Shown here: piece by piece, positions 63,437 to 64,000 of the stretch
Position numbering within the stretch: the first letter of the stretch is position 1
Layout: each line of letters starts with the position of its first letter
Source: Mycoplasmatota bacterium
GTDB taxonomy: Bacteria > Bacillota_I > Bacilli_A > MAG-NZ
Reading direction: 5' to 3'
Assembly: GCA_018394315.1 (NCBI GenBank)
Contig: CP074575.1
Location: 1,520,615 to 1,584,614, forward strand
DNA length: 64,000 nucleotides
Notes under the pieces: generated by a model
The model's database searches: none
Told to the model about the DNA's origin: nothing
The model's input: only the letters and a program-made list of their open reading frames with translations
Position numbers and translations under genes: made by a program

Positions 63437-64000
63437 TTACATCATCCCTTTTTCAAAAAGTGTCATACATTCTTTTAAAATTGAGCCTATATCATTAGAA
63501 TTTATATAGTCCCAGCCTATCCATCTAAACTTATTATTTTTAAGTTTATTGTCTATATCATTTCTTACACTTGGAAATAACCCTTTATGAGACATTATTT
63601 CACCGATTTCACGCGACGCAAACATTTTAGCAATTGGTTCAACATCTTCTTTTTTCTCACTTTTAGTTAACATAAAGATAGGAGAAATTATTGCACCATC
63701 TTCTGGCCACACCGCTTCTAACACACTTCCTGGTAGTGCCATTTTCGTAAAGAAATAAGGCATAATAGAAATTGCTGGTTTAACTCTAGCACTTTTCTTT
63801 TCTGATTTTAACATCTGTGTTGGATGCATACTTTCAATTAAACTTTTACCTAATTTCACACATGCATCTGGTCCGAAATCTTTATATAAATGAATTAAAA
63901 TTGCATTGAATAAATCGAAATCACTTACTGGTAAACTAACACTTCCTTCAAAAATAGGATCTAAAACATCAGCCCAAGTTTTTGGCATGGGTCTATCACC
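63437..64000 (-). CDS. ABC substrate-binding-fold protein, 3' part (partial)
   Basis: Frame open to the window edge; PKTWADVL, WPEDGAIISP, FRWIGWD. Confidence 0.75.
   Translation of the reverse strand, partial: GDRPMPKTWADVLDPIFEGSVSLPVSDFDLFNAILIHLYKDFGPDACVKLGKSLIESMHPTQMLKSEKKSARVKPAISIMPYFFTKMALPGSVLEAVWPEDGAIISPIFMLTKSEKKEDVEPIAKMFASREIGEIMSHKGLFPSVRNDIDNKLKNNKFRWIGWDYINSNDIGSILKECMTLFEKGMM

Overview
AT-rich core-chromosome window (standard genetic code) from a low-GC Bacilli-related, probably anaerobic bacterium; a Haloplasma/Turicibacter/Izemoplasma-like placement is my inference only. It is mostly housekeeping genes (efp, ponA/recU, RNase J2, nucleoside ABC transporter, tnaA, rph, mutS2, truB-ribF-rpsO-pnp, rnpB, lepA, xerD-deoB, parEC). 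It spans the replication terminus: a Bacillus-type dif site lies at 52656-52683 and gene orientation flips there. No CRISPR array, prophage or IS element was seen. Main points of interest: (1) an eroded sporulation gene set in Bacillus synteny (ylxY-spoVFA-dapG-rnjB-spoIIIE, gerM-like, spoIIM-like), still carrying sigK- and sigE-like promoter motifs, with a motif-dead SpoIIIE/FtsK; (2) an uncharacterised SBP-fold / HypB-UreG-type GTPase / ABC ATPase / Cys-rich protein / Crp-Fnr cluster with no permease in view; (3) a motif-dead Fic protein behind parEC; (4) four copies of a 10-bp motif beside dif; (5) small features absent from the ORF track: two Fe-S proteins, two pseudogene relics, a TPP riboswitch, an S15 leader and a candidate sRNA. 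All calls come from motif and synteny recognition by eye; no searches were run.
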